A stretch of 64,000 nt of DNA from an uncultured Gammaproteobacteria bacterium. Lineage in GTDB: Bacteria; Pseudomonadota; Gammaproteobacteria; Steroidobacterales; UBA11654. The stretch lies in the NCBI GenBank assembly GCA_902553145.1, contig CACDKD010000003.1:2168-66167 (forward strand). The letters are read 5' to 3'. Shown in pieces: positions 28,332 through 37,493 of this stretch (its first letter is position 1; the number at the start of each line of letters is the position of its first letter). The position numbers and the translations under genes were made by a program. The notes under the pieces are model-generated. The model did no database searches and was not told the origin of the DNA. It was given only the letters and a program-made list of their open reading frames with translations.

Positions 28332-29677
28332 GCCTCTTGGCCTTCTTCAATATATTTTCGATACGGTCTCACGCCCATAAAACCGGCAAACACACCTATC
28401 AAGCCTACAATCAGAGACACCACAGCCATTGAATAAGAAATCAAGGACTCGTCCTTAAAGACATAATCTGTAAGTAGTGCAACACTCGTAGGCCCCAATG
28501 TATATCCGGTCATACTAATGACAAAGAAGTAGATTGCTGTGACTTGTCCTCTCAGCTGGTTTGGTGTGATATTGAGAATTGCCAACGGTGCCAATGCGGT
28601 TTGACCAGCAGCCATTATTGCTTGAGGCACAAACATCAAAGTTGCCAACTGATATGTTGGCATCAGAGGAACCAAGGCTGCTGCGATGGTCAAAACGATC
28701 ATCGTGTATGCAAATAGTTTTATATGAGCACTGCCTCCGTATTTTTTGAATACGTGGTCTCCTAACCAGCCTGTCCCTATTGCACCTATGGGACCCGAGA
28801 CCAAAAAAGCAATACCCAACCACATCGTTATGGTTTTAAAATCAACCCCGTATGTCCTGTCATACATTGTGGGCATCCATGACAGGAATGCATAGCCAAT
28901 CAAAACCGAGCAAGCCATGGATAGAAAAAGCCATCCGTAGGCACTTTTTCTTTCAAGGATAAAATTGACAGTTTCTTTGATTGAAAGCTCATCCGTAGTG
29001 TCTCCAAGATCATTGTTAAGGACAATTTTCTCACTTCGTTCAGGTTCTTTTACCGTCATCATTAATGCAGCAACGATCAGACCTGGGAGTCCAACCATGA
29101 TGAATAAGGCTTGCCATGGATAGATTTCTCCGATGATAGGAAGAACAATATTATCTCTTGTTGCAACATAAGCCATAATTTGCCCACCCACGATGAATGC
29201 GATACCGGATCCAACAGAGACACCAATATTAAACAAACCCAGAGCTTTACCTCTTTTTTCTTTTGGGAAATAGTCCCCAATCATCGATAAGCTGCTTGGG
29301 CTCAGTGTGGCTTCACCTACACCGACACCAACTCGGGCTAAGAATAGTTGCATGTAGTTTTTAGCCAATCCGCATGCGGCTGTCATTAAACACCAGAAGG
29401 ATATGCCTACGGCGATTATGGTTCTTCGACTTTTCTTATCGGCCAGTCTCCCAATCGGAATTCCCATAGTTGTATAGAAAAGTGCAAATGCTAAGCCAAG
29501 CAGGAGACTCATTTGAGTATCGGTCAACAATAGGTCTCTTTTAACAAGCGGAACAACCAGTGAAAGAAGCTGTCTATCGAGAAAAGATACCACGTAGGCA
29601 ATGGTCAAGATAATAACTGCATACCATGCTGAGGCACTTGAAGGATAGCGATGATCCATTGGAGGCTTTTGATTCAT
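28328..29677 (-). CDS. MFS transporter, paralog of 4336..5652
   Basis: 449 aa. By my manual count, 79 of 133 aligned N-terminal positions are identical to the 4336..5652 product. Confidence 0.8.
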   Translation of the reverse strand: MNQKPPMDHRYPSSASAWYAVIILTIAYVVSFLDRQLLSLVVPLVKRDLLLTDTQMSLLLGLAFALFYTTMGIPIGRLADKKSRRTIIAVGISFWCLMTAACGLAKNYMQLFLARVGVGVGEATLSPSSLSMIGDYFPKEKRGKALGLFNIGVSVGSGIAFIVGGQIMAYVATRDNIVLPIIGEIYPWQALFIMVGLPGLIVAALMMTVKEPERSEKIVLNNDLGDTTDELSIKETVNFILERKSAYGWLFLSMACSVLIGYAFLSWMPTMYDRTYGVDFKTITMWLGIAFLVSGPIGAIGTGWLGDHVFKKYGGSAHIKLFAYTMIVLTIAAALVPLMPTYQLATLMFVPQAIMAAGQTALAPLAILNITPNQLRGQVTAIYFFVISMTGYTLGPTSVALLTDYVFKDESLISYSMAVVSLIVGLIGVFAGFMGVRPYRKYIEEGQEA

Positions 29678-29681
29678 TAAT

Positions 29682-30542
29682 CTACTTTGCAGGGGCAGGT
29701 GTTTGTTGCCTTGCGTAATATTCTAGACTAGAAATACTTGGGCCATAGTCCTCAGTTGGAGCCGATAACATTCCTGGATATCTTTCTTCAGAAAAGTCAC
29801 GGACGTGTTCTGGAATGATTTCAATGTTATCTGATTTCAACATAGTGCTCATGTACAAACAGTGTCCAGGAGTATCTCCCATCAACATCCACGGTAGCCA
29901 CGGCGTGATTCTATTCCAGGTTCCTGTGTAATTTACAGATGTCAGCTCAGGGTTCTCAAGATCTTTGGCTGAAACAAAGTATCGCATCATTTCCGATACA
30001 CGAGCCATCTTACCCGATGATTCCCTAACCCACTTATCTGGTTGCAATGGGTTTGGATAGTACAAGTGCATATCTGTACTCAGGGTGATTACATCACCAG
30101 ATCTTTTCCAAGGGAAAATAAGAGGTATTTTCCTTGGTTCCGCCTTTTCGCCCGTTTTAAAATCTTCAGGCGCCAGAATCAGCCACTCAGAAATTGTGTA
30201 ATTAAAAGGATCATTTGCAACATGAACCACATCAACCACTTCTTCTGTATAAGGATTCGTCCATTGATCTATCATTTGCCCAGTCCTCGGATCCGTATAG
30301 AAAATTACTTCTTTGTTTAATCGGCGAATGCTTCCATCTTCAGCAGCCGGCATCAGCCTGGTGCACAAGAAGGTCTCAAAGCCACATAATTCTTTAACGG
30401 CTTGCCCTGGTGTAACCCCAAGAATTGTTCCTGTGGTATAGCAAATGGATTCTTTTTCTGAATTGAGGTCAGCTTGAATTCTTGCCCAAGCATCCCGATT
30501 CCATGTATTGGATTGAAAGTTAATTTCTGTTTCAAATTTCAT
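29682..30542 (-). CDS. Hypothetical soluble protein (unassigned; possibly a DUF family)
   Basis: 286 aa with no TM segment. It is tightly packed, with 4-nt gaps on both sides, inside the cytochrome/hydrolase operon. Confidence 0.6.
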   Translation of the reverse strand: MKFETEINFQSNTWNRDAWARIQADLNSEKESICYTTGTILGVTPGQAVKELCGFETFLCTRLMPAAEDGSIRRLNKEVIFYTDPRTGQMIDQWTNPYTEEVVDVVHVANDPFNYTISEWLILAPEDFKTGEKAEPRKIPLIFPWKRSGDVITLSTDMHLYYPNPLQPDKWVRESSGKMARVSEMMRYFVSAKDLENPELTSVNYTGTWNRITPWLPWMLMGDTPGHCLYMSTMLKSDNIEIIPEHVRDFSEERYPGMLSAPTEDYGPSISSLEYYARQQTPAPAK

Positions 30543-30546
30543 TTTC

Positions 30547-31119
30547 TTACTCCCCTTTAATTGGTTTACTTTCTCTCATTAAATAGTTCACGATTAATTT
30601 TCTTATTTCTGGATCTTCAATGCCTTCTACTCTCATTCTGTTTCCAGGTATATAGTTTGATGGATTCAATATGAATGCATCAAGTGTTTCAGGCGTCCAA
30701 ATTAGCCCATTACCCTTCATATTGATCAATGCATCTGAATAAGTATAGTTATTTCCGACCCCAGCTGGTCTACCAAAGATCCCATAAAGAGTCGGCGCCA
30801 TCCTGTCTCTGTCGTCTTTTTTTACGGCATGACAGAATCTGCATTTTCCTCCTTCCCAGGTCTCAAAAGCATCAATTTCCTTCTGAATCTCTTCTGAAGA
30901 TTTAGGCAAATATTGATTCATGGCATAAAAGTCAACTGCTTCAATTCCATCGAGAAGTTTTTCCATTTCGACGGGGTTTGTATTGGTTTTGGTGTTATAC
31001 GGAAACGCTCCAAAAATAAGAAAGGGAAGATAAAAAGCAATTCCTATGATCAAGACGATGAATAACCAGTGCATTCCCCTTGCGTTATTTACATACTTCC
31101 TCATATCAAGCGAAAACAT
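30547..31119 (-). CDS. Membrane-anchored class I cytochrome c (c2/mitochondrial-type fold)
   Basis: N-terminal TM helix, then GGKCRFCH...APTLYGIFGRPAG...YSDAL...W....L.AFILNPSNYIPGNRM..., which is the cytochrome c2 signature. Confidence 0.8.
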   Translation of the reverse strand: MFSLDMRKYVNNARGMHWLFIVLIIGIAFYLPFLIFGAFPYNTKTNTNPVEMEKLLDGIEAVDFYAMNQYLPKSSEEIQKEIDAFETWEGGKCRFCHAVKKDDRDRMAPTLYGIFGRPAGVGNNYTYSDALINMKGNGLIWTPETLDAFILNPSNYIPGNRMRVEGIEDPEIRKLIVNYLMRESKPIKGE

Positions 31120-31615
31120 TCAAGCTGAACACACGAAACCGCAACATATGATACAGCCTTAAAATCAAGATAATTAGAATGAGCATAATGTACAGAAAGC
31201 CGAATGCACTGTGGAGATATCCCGAAATAGTCCATAAGCCATGGTCAATGGTATCAATGCCTTGCATGAATCTGATGGCACCGTCAGACCATGCCATTAG
31301 AAAGCCACTGATGCCTTGTGCAATGAATGAGCAGTATAGAAAAAATTGCAGAAAATGAATGAATGTATAATCTTGTTCGGGCAATAAGCGATGATTCTTC
31401 TGAGGGGGGAAATGTATCCATAGATACACCCTAAACATGCTAATTGCCATTAAGAAAGTGCCTGCAAAAATATGAAAATTCCTCATTATTTCTCGCTCTT
31501 CCGAACCGATGGTGATTCTGGGAGCTTGGACCATGTTGATAAAGACGATCAAAAATAGTGAAAAACCCAACCAGCTTAGGATTTGTCCTGCTTTCTTTGC
31601 CAATTGATTTTCCAT
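31106..31615 (-). CDS. Cytochrome b561 (CybB)-like 4-TM membrane protein
   Basis: 169 aa with four TM helices. His residues sit in helices 2-4 at positions comparable to E. coli CybB. The helix-1 position reads SW instead of HW. Overlaps the cytochrome c gene by 14 nt. Confidence 0.55.
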   Translation of the reverse strand: MENQLAKKAGQILSWLGFSLFLIVFINMVQAPRITIGSEEREIMRNFHIFAGTFLMAISMFRVYLWIHFPPQKNHRLLPEQDYTFIHFLQFFLYCSFIAQGISGFLMAWSDGAIRFMQGIDTIDHGLWTISGYLHSAFGFLYIMLILIILILRLYHMLRFRVFSLNVFA

Positions 31616-31616
31616 A

Positions 31617-32399
31617 TTAAATTTTTTCTAAAAACTCCATTAGAAGAACCGAAATATTTTTTGCATCCAAGTCAGGTTCTAGATTCTTGCCTTTAATGAT
31701 CTCGACAATTGCATCCGGCCTGCAAACTTTAACCTTATTAAGGAAAGGATACATTACATCATCTTCGGAACAGAGTATCAAACATGGAGACTCTGCTTTT
31801 CTCAAGGCTTCAATTTCATTAAAATCCCATACCGCTTCATGCATTTGTTTTGCAGATGCCTCTGCTCGAATGGCATCCAAGGTCTCTCGCTGTCTTAAAT
31901 GCAAATTCTCTCCAGCGCCCAAAATATCTCCTGCCAATTTCCAGGCATTCATGAGATGTGTTCCATCTTCTTTAGGAGACCAATCAAGGCCGGTTTGATT
32001 CTTCATCAGCTCTTTTTCTTCTTTGGTGGCGAGAAAAGCTCCAATGAGTGTGAGTGAGACGACTAAATTTTTGTATTTGTTTTCCAAATGGAGTGCTATT
32101 GAAGCCCCAGAATGATGACCTATTAGGTGGAATTCTTTAACATCTAAACTTTCCAAAGCCTCCACAATGCAGTTTCCGTAATCTTCGATACTTGGATTCC
32201 CAGAAATGTCATCGCTCATTCCAAATCCAGGGGTATCAATTGCAATACAGGTATTTTGAGGTAATAGTGACATGAGCTTTTCATACATTAATGAAGAGCT
32301 TGGTGTTTGATGAAGAAATACTATTGGTATTCCTTGGCCTGATTGATGCCTATAGTGGCATTGGCCTATTGAGGTTTCTGTATATGCTTTTTCGATCAT
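31617..32399 (-). CDS. Alpha/beta-hydrolase-fold protein (epoxide hydrolase/dehalogenase-like branch) with an atypical GHHSG elbow
   Basis: 260 aa. VFLHQTPSSS...IDTPGFGMSD...FHLIGHHSGASIAL aligns by eye to the HG.P...G.G.S...GHDWGG pattern. Confidence 0.75.
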   Translation of the reverse strand: MIEKAYTETSIGQCHYRHQSGQGIPIVFLHQTPSSSLMYEKLMSLLPQNTCIAIDTPGFGMSDDISGNPSIEDYGNCIVEALESLDVKEFHLIGHHSGASIALHLENKYKNLVVSLTLIGAFLATKEEKELMKNQTGLDWSPKEDGTHLMNAWKLAGDILGAGENLHLRQRETLDAIRAEASAKQMHEAVWDFNEIEALRKAESPCLILCSEDDVMYPFLNKVKVCRPDAIVEIIKGKNLEPDLDAKNISVLLMEFLEKI

Positions 32400-33709
32400 T
32401 CAGAAAGGCTGCTTTTTTCATCAACTTCATTTGATGATTTGATAGCGATAAAAATCGATGCAATGAATAAAACGGCATTGATACTGGCTATCAATAGGAA
32501 TGGTCCCATGGGAGATAAATCGAATAATCTGCCTCCAATGGCTGTTGCCACCAAAATACCTATTGCTCCGAAAAAAGAGCTGAAACCAATTACAGTTCCT
32601 CGCTGTCTAAGAGGCGCCTCCTGACCAATCAAACTTGCAGTGGCTATTACGGTTCCAATGGCACTGCATGAGATTAAAATAAATATTGGAAGATTGGAAT
32701 AATTCAAAGGAGAGTCAACAAAGAAAACTAAACCATATGCAACCAACCCCATGCCCATGGCGATAACCATTGCATTGACCCTGTCAATTCGATCGATTAT
32801 GACACCAAACAAATAAGCCCAAAACATACTAATTAGATTTGTTGCCACAATTACTGGAACGACTTTGCCTATAGATTCGGATGGAGATAGACCCATTGCA
32901 TATCCACTGGTAATGGCCCACTGAGATATAAAAAGACCATTGATGGATACATCAGCTCGAGCAAGAAATGTCGCCGCATAGGCTAAGGCTATCTTTGGGT
33001 TTACAATGGATCTAAGGCCCACAGAAATGAGTTCTTTTGTCCCAGGCTTGGACTGTTTGACCTCTTCAGAATCTTCCGGTACACCACCTTTTAAGCCCAA
33101 ATAAAAAATAAAAGCCGATATCAATCCTATGATGGCAGCAATAAGCATGGTCATCTTAGCCGCATCAATCGCTTCATACCCATTGCTCTCTAATATCGAA
33201 GGCAATCTTCCAAGCACAATCGCAAAGCCCAAGACTCCAAACGCATTCAAAATCGAATGAACACTCACAAATTTTCCTCTGGACTGTTCGGCAGGATAAT
33301 CACCAACTACAATTGCAAGAACACATGATAGGCACGCAGCACCAATTGCAAATATTGATCTAAAGATAAATAGTTCGGTTAAGTTTGATGCATAAGGGTA
33401 AATCGCAAGACCCAAAGAGATCAATAGGGTGCCCATAACGAAGACAGGTTTTCTTCCGATTCGATCACATAAGATACCAAAGGGACCTATCAAAAGGATT
33501 GCAATAATTTCTTGAAGAAATGCCAGATTGCCAGTAACTGTTCCTTGACCGCCCATGGGTATACTAAGGACCACGGTCAAAATATAGCCTTGAACAAAGT
33601 TCATTCCCGCCAAAATCCCTATGCAAATAAAGCAAGCATAGAAGTAAGTTAAAGCATTGTTTTTGCTTATCCCTTTGGCAAGAAAAATTGGACCAATTTT
33701 CTCTGTCAT
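32396..33709 (-). CDS. MFS transporter
   Basis: 437 aa with 12 hydrophobic helices and the CDRIGRKPV loop motif. 4-nt overlap with the downstream hydrolase gene. Confidence 0.8.
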   Translation of the reverse strand: MTEKIGPIFLAKGISKNNALTYFYACFICIGILAGMNFVQGYILTVVLSIPMGGQGTVTGNLAFLQEIIAILLIGPFGILCDRIGRKPVFVMGTLLISLGLAIYPYASNLTELFIFRSIFAIGAACLSCVLAIVVGDYPAEQSRGKFVSVHSILNAFGVLGFAIVLGRLPSILESNGYEAIDAAKMTMLIAAIIGLISAFIFYLGLKGGVPEDSEEVKQSKPGTKELISVGLRSIVNPKIALAYAATFLARADVSINGLFISQWAITSGYAMGLSPSESIGKVVPVIVATNLISMFWAYLFGVIIDRIDRVNAMVIAMGMGLVAYGLVFFVDSPLNYSNLPIFILISCSAIGTVIATASLIGQEAPLRQRGTVIGFSSFFGAIGILVATAIGGRLFDLSPMGPFLLIASINAVLFIASIFIAIKSSNEVDEKSSLSE

Positions 33710-33785
33710 TTGATTTCTTCGATTCTGAACATGAAAAAAGTTTACAAAATAATGCTCTATAAAGAGTAACTAAATGTAACCAATA

Positions 33786-35441
33786 TTAAACTATGGTTTT
33801 CAGGTTCTTAGACCAGTTTTTAATTTCATCATCAAGCTGCAGCTCAGAAAAATTATTTTTTTGATTTGCCGATTGAGACAATGGATGATTTTTTCTGTAA
33901 CAAACGGTTGTTTTAACATCAATTTCCATGTTCGTGGAAGCATTGAGTGAGCCTGTCATTGCAGATATCCAGTTCGATTCAGATCGGATTAATTCTGTCA
34001 CCTCGTCCTGAAGCTGAGTTTCATCCAGTTGAGGCCTTAGATCCATTATTCCATCGATAACTGAGTTATACCAAGGCCAAAAAAGTTTTGAGTCTCTAAC
34101 GATATACCAATATTGATTCAAGTGCCCGCCGTGCCATTCTTTCTTAATATCAGGCAATCCTTTTTCTTTGTATTCTTCAATGAAGGCTTTATCCACAAAC
34201 CATGGCTCGATAAGAATAAGATGATCTATGCAGTCATTGTTTTCATTGATGAACTGAGAAAGGCTTCCATGATGATTGATGATCGCGAGGGTAAATTGCT
34301 CAACGTTTTGATGATTTATTACATTTGAGACAGCCTGATTGAAAGCATCAAGGATTGGTGCTTCTATATCTTTTACTGATTCTCCATGCCCCGGAAGATC
34401 AATCACCATCAATTCTTTTTCTTTTGAGAGCTCATTTGATAAATATTCAATGGTTTTTGAAGAGCCACCGATTGGTGGAATAATCACCAAAGGATTTTCA
34501 TCTGCACGATCAAAATTTTTCTGTATACAGATATCACCAACAGCAGTTTCAATCACCGATTTAGTCAATCCATTATGCTTTAGTGCGCACTCTGAGAGAT
34601 TAATCGATGTGTTTTTTGAATGCTTGAGAAGATGTATTCTTGATTTTTCCAGCGCTTGGTCTTGGTCTTTGGATGATTCAATCAAGGTAGATTCTGATGG
34701 AGTCAAGTCTTCTAGGCATTTGCACAAAGGATCCCATTCGCCCGCAGTGATCAATGCCGGGACCTTTAATTCAGGAACAAAGTTTTCAAGACGATACTCA
34801 AATGCAGCTCCATATGCAGATCTATAATTATCCCCCGCTCGCATTACATCGACGGCATTCTCATGCAATATCAGTGGATCAGAAATACTGAATTGCATTC
34901 TGGCATCCTGTGTCCTTTCATGCCAAGGAAAGAAAACCAATTGTTCTCTCATTCTTGACCACAACCAACTTAAATGACTTCCATCCCATTTAGGTAAGAA
35001 TGGAGGCAAGTATTCTGCCCTTATTTTTTCAAGTTCATCGTCAGTCAGGACCAAAACACCATTGCATGATATGGCTTCGATCCTGTTTGAAAATTTATGT
35101 GCCAGAGCAATTGATATGATTGCACCGGTATGAAATCCATAAAGGCCGAATCGATCAATACCCAGTGCATCAGCGAACTCAATCGTTGCCTCAGCTATCT
35201 CCTCTATGGTGACTTTTTTGCTTTTTAATGGATCCGAAGATCCAAACCCAGGTGTATCGGGAGCAATCATGCAAAAATCATTTGCCCACATCTCCATCAA
35301 TGGTTTATATTCATCGGCGGATTTCGGCGATTGATGCAATAAAAAGATAACGGGTCCAGATCCAGAGGTTAAATATCGAACCTGTCTCTCACCAAACTTA
35401 CCCGTGATGGTTTGGAATTTTGTTTTGATTTTGCTGCTCAT
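33786..35441 (-). CDS. Tandem double alpha/beta-hydrolase-fold protein with atypical elbows (GFHTG and NHHGS)
   Basis: 551 aa. The N-terminal half is paralogous to the 31617..32399 product (IFLLHQSPKSA...PDTPGFGSSD...LYGFHTGAIIS). The C-terminal half repeats the layout (VIIPPIGGSS...DLPGHGESV...IINHHGSLS). Confidence 0.7.
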   Translation of the reverse strand: MSSKIKTKFQTITGKFGERQVRYLTSGSGPVIFLLHQSPKSADEYKPLMEMWANDFCMIAPDTPGFGSSDPLKSKKVTIEEIAEATIEFADALGIDRFGLYGFHTGAIISIALAHKFSNRIEAISCNGVLVLTDDELEKIRAEYLPPFLPKWDGSHLSWLWSRMREQLVFFPWHERTQDARMQFSISDPLILHENAVDVMRAGDNYRSAYGAAFEYRLENFVPELKVPALITAGEWDPLCKCLEDLTPSESTLIESSKDQDQALEKSRIHLLKHSKNTSINLSECALKHNGLTKSVIETAVGDICIQKNFDRADENPLVIIPPIGGSSKTIEYLSNELSKEKELMVIDLPGHGESVKDIEAPILDAFNQAVSNVINHQNVEQFTLAIINHHGSLSQFINENNDCIDHLILIEPWFVDKAFIEEYKEKGLPDIKKEWHGGHLNQYWYIVRDSKLFWPWYNSVIDGIMDLRPQLDETQLQDEVTELIRSESNWISAMTGSLNASTNMEIDVKTTVCYRKNHPLSQSANQKNNFSELQLDDEIKNWSKNLKTIV

Positions 35442-35518
35442 CGGTTTTGGTTATCTTCAGTATTTTTTAATTAGGAAGTTATAATGTGGCATCAATTTTA
35501 ACAAATATAATTTTCATT

Positions 35519-36271
35519 ATGACTAAAAGGTTAAGTAAAAAAGTAGCATTGGTAACTGGCGGAGCTTCTGGCTTTGGAAAAGCGACAGCAGAGTTATTCA
35601 AGAGAGAGGGCGCTGAGGTTTATATTTCAGATATCAATGAGCAAAATGGCAAAAAAGTCTCTAAAGAGCTGGGGGTAGTTTTTATATCCCACGACGTTAC
35701 CAAAACGGAAGATTGGATAAGTGTCATTGATGAAATAAAAGAACAATCTTCGGGATTAAATGTACTTGTTAACAATGCCGGCATAGGTTTCATGGCTGAT
35801 GTAGAAGCAACCACGGAGGAAGAGTGGGAATTGGTACACAAAGTTGATCTCGATTCCGTATTTCTTGGATGCAAATATGCCATTCCGCTCATGAGAGAGT
35901 CTGGCAATGGCTCAATCATCAATATTTCGTCAATTTCTGGCATTGTTGCTGGACATAATTTTGCAGCCTATAACAGTGCAAAAGCTGCGGTGAGACACTT
36001 AACCAAGTCGGTGGCACTTCATTGTGCTAGAAGCACTGATTTAGTCAGATGCAATAGCGTGCATCCAGTATTTGCTCAAACCGAGATGATGAAAGCATTT
36101 TTTGAAAATCCAAATGAGGAGCTTGTCTCCAAAATAGAGAGACAAATTCCCGTCAGAAAATTAGTGACCGTTGAAGATGTAGCAAACTCAATCCTATTCC
36201 TTGCGAGCGATGAATCAAAAATGATCACTGGATCAGAGCTGGTGATTGATGGCGGTTTGTCTGCCCAATAG
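35519..36271 (+). CDS. Short-chain dehydrogenase/reductase (FabG/hydroxysteroid dehydrogenase-like)
   Basis: TGGASGFGKA, NNAG and YNSAKAAV. I preferred ATG 35519 over the upstream GTG 35486. Confidence 0.85.
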   Translation: MTKRLSKKVALVTGGASGFGKATAELFKREGAEVYISDINEQNGKKVSKELGVVFISHDVTKTEDWISVIDEIKEQSSGLNVLVNNAGIGFMADVEATTEEEWELVHKVDLDSVFLGCKYAIPLMRESGNGSIINISSISGIVAGHNFAAYNSAKAAVRHLTKSVALHCARSTDLVRCNSVHPVFAQTEMMKAFFENPNEELVSKIERQIPVRKLVTVEDVANSILFLASDESKMITGSELVIDGGLSAQ

Positions 36272-37393
36272 TTATTTTGATTTTACTAGAGGCACTGAAT
36301 CTAAAACCCAGCTTTTTTCTTTTCTCCTAGCAGGAGAGGGAATTGCATAAGCGGTTTGATGTTGGGTGTCTTTCATTTTTTGAACATCGATTTTGAAGCC
36401 TTTTTTTGTGAATTCTTCCAATGAGTTTCTGTATTCACCAATGATTAAATCTGCAGGCACAAAAATTTCCTTCGTGAGTGTGGGCGGAGTAATGGCTGGT
36501 TTTAATTCATTTAACAAGGCAATGTCTTGATTAGCAACGGCCATATTTCTTTCCATAATCATGTCATCCATGTTCTCTTCGAGTAACCAGTTTCGCATGC
36601 TTATGAAGAAGATTTTGGTTTTGAACTCATTTATTGGCTGCTCGAAAAAGTACTGGTGAAACCAATTTGTTTCTTTTTTTGTATGAATCAGTGTGATGAG
36701 CGTATTGGGACCTCTATAGCCTCCCCAGACCGTCAATTCTCCGTCACTTTTTCTAGCAGTTTCACCGTATGTTTCTTCATCTAATGGCGGCGCAGCATCA
36801 AAAAGTTGTTCGAAATCTGCACCTCGATCAACTTTGGTAATTTTTGTTGGATTAACTTTATAATCGTTTTTGGCGCCCGAGAAACCATGGGTGGGATGAA
36901 CAAATTCATTGTGTGCAGGATCTAACCCATTTTCAATTGATCGCTCATAATTGTATTCAACATCAATGATTTTTGGATAATTTGACCTCCAACCATCTGC
37001 TTCAAACTCTTCAATCTCATAAAGCTCAGGCCTTTCTTTCTCTGGTTGATCCCCGAGAAAAGCAAAGACAATGCCGTATTTTTCTTGAACTGGATAACTG
37101 TCTACCTTTGCTCTTTTTGGCACTTTGCTTCCTGGGCCAAGCGAAGGTATTTTTTGACATTTTCCTGACCCATCAAATCGCCAACCATGATATGGACAAG
37201 CAATGGTTCCGTCGTCATGACAAATGCCATGAGCCAATGATCCACCTCTATGCACACAAACATTACTTAGGCAGTGCGCATTTCCCTTGTGATCTCTAAA
37301 TGCGACAAACTCTAAACCGAGTATGGTTGCTTTTTTGGGCCCTTCATTGATTTCATCGCTGAGACAGACCGGATACCAAAAATTAATATACAT
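36272..37393 (-). CDS. Rieske [2Fe-2S] non-heme-iron oxygenase, alpha/oxygenase component (VanA/KshA-like class)
   Basis: Rieske motif CVHRGGSL...CPYHGWRF and the mononuclear iron motif DPAHNEFVH. Confidence 0.85.
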   Translation of the reverse strand: MYINFWYPVCLSDEINEGPKKATILGLEFVAFRDHKGNAHCLSNVCVHRGGSLAHGICHDDGTIACPYHGWRFDGSGKCQKIPSLGPGSKVPKRAKVDSYPVQEKYGIVFAFLGDQPEKERPELYEIEEFEADGWRSNYPKIIDVEYNYERSIENGLDPAHNEFVHPTHGFSGAKNDYKVNPTKITKVDRGADFEQLFDAAPPLDEETYGETARKSDGELTVWGGYRGPNTLITLIHTKKETNWFHQYFFEQPINEFKTKIFFISMRNWLLEENMDDMIMERNMAVANQDIALLNELKPAITPPTLTKEIFVPADLIIGEYRNSLEEFTKKGFKIDVQKMKDTQHQTAYAIPSPARRKEKSWVLDSVPLVKSK

Positions 37394-37493
37394 ATTCTTT
37401 CCCTTTAGAAAGATTATATGTATTTACATTCTCGCCAAGAAAATTACTTTGTAACGAAGTGTAACTGTATCGGCCTATTTATTTGGATTCTGA

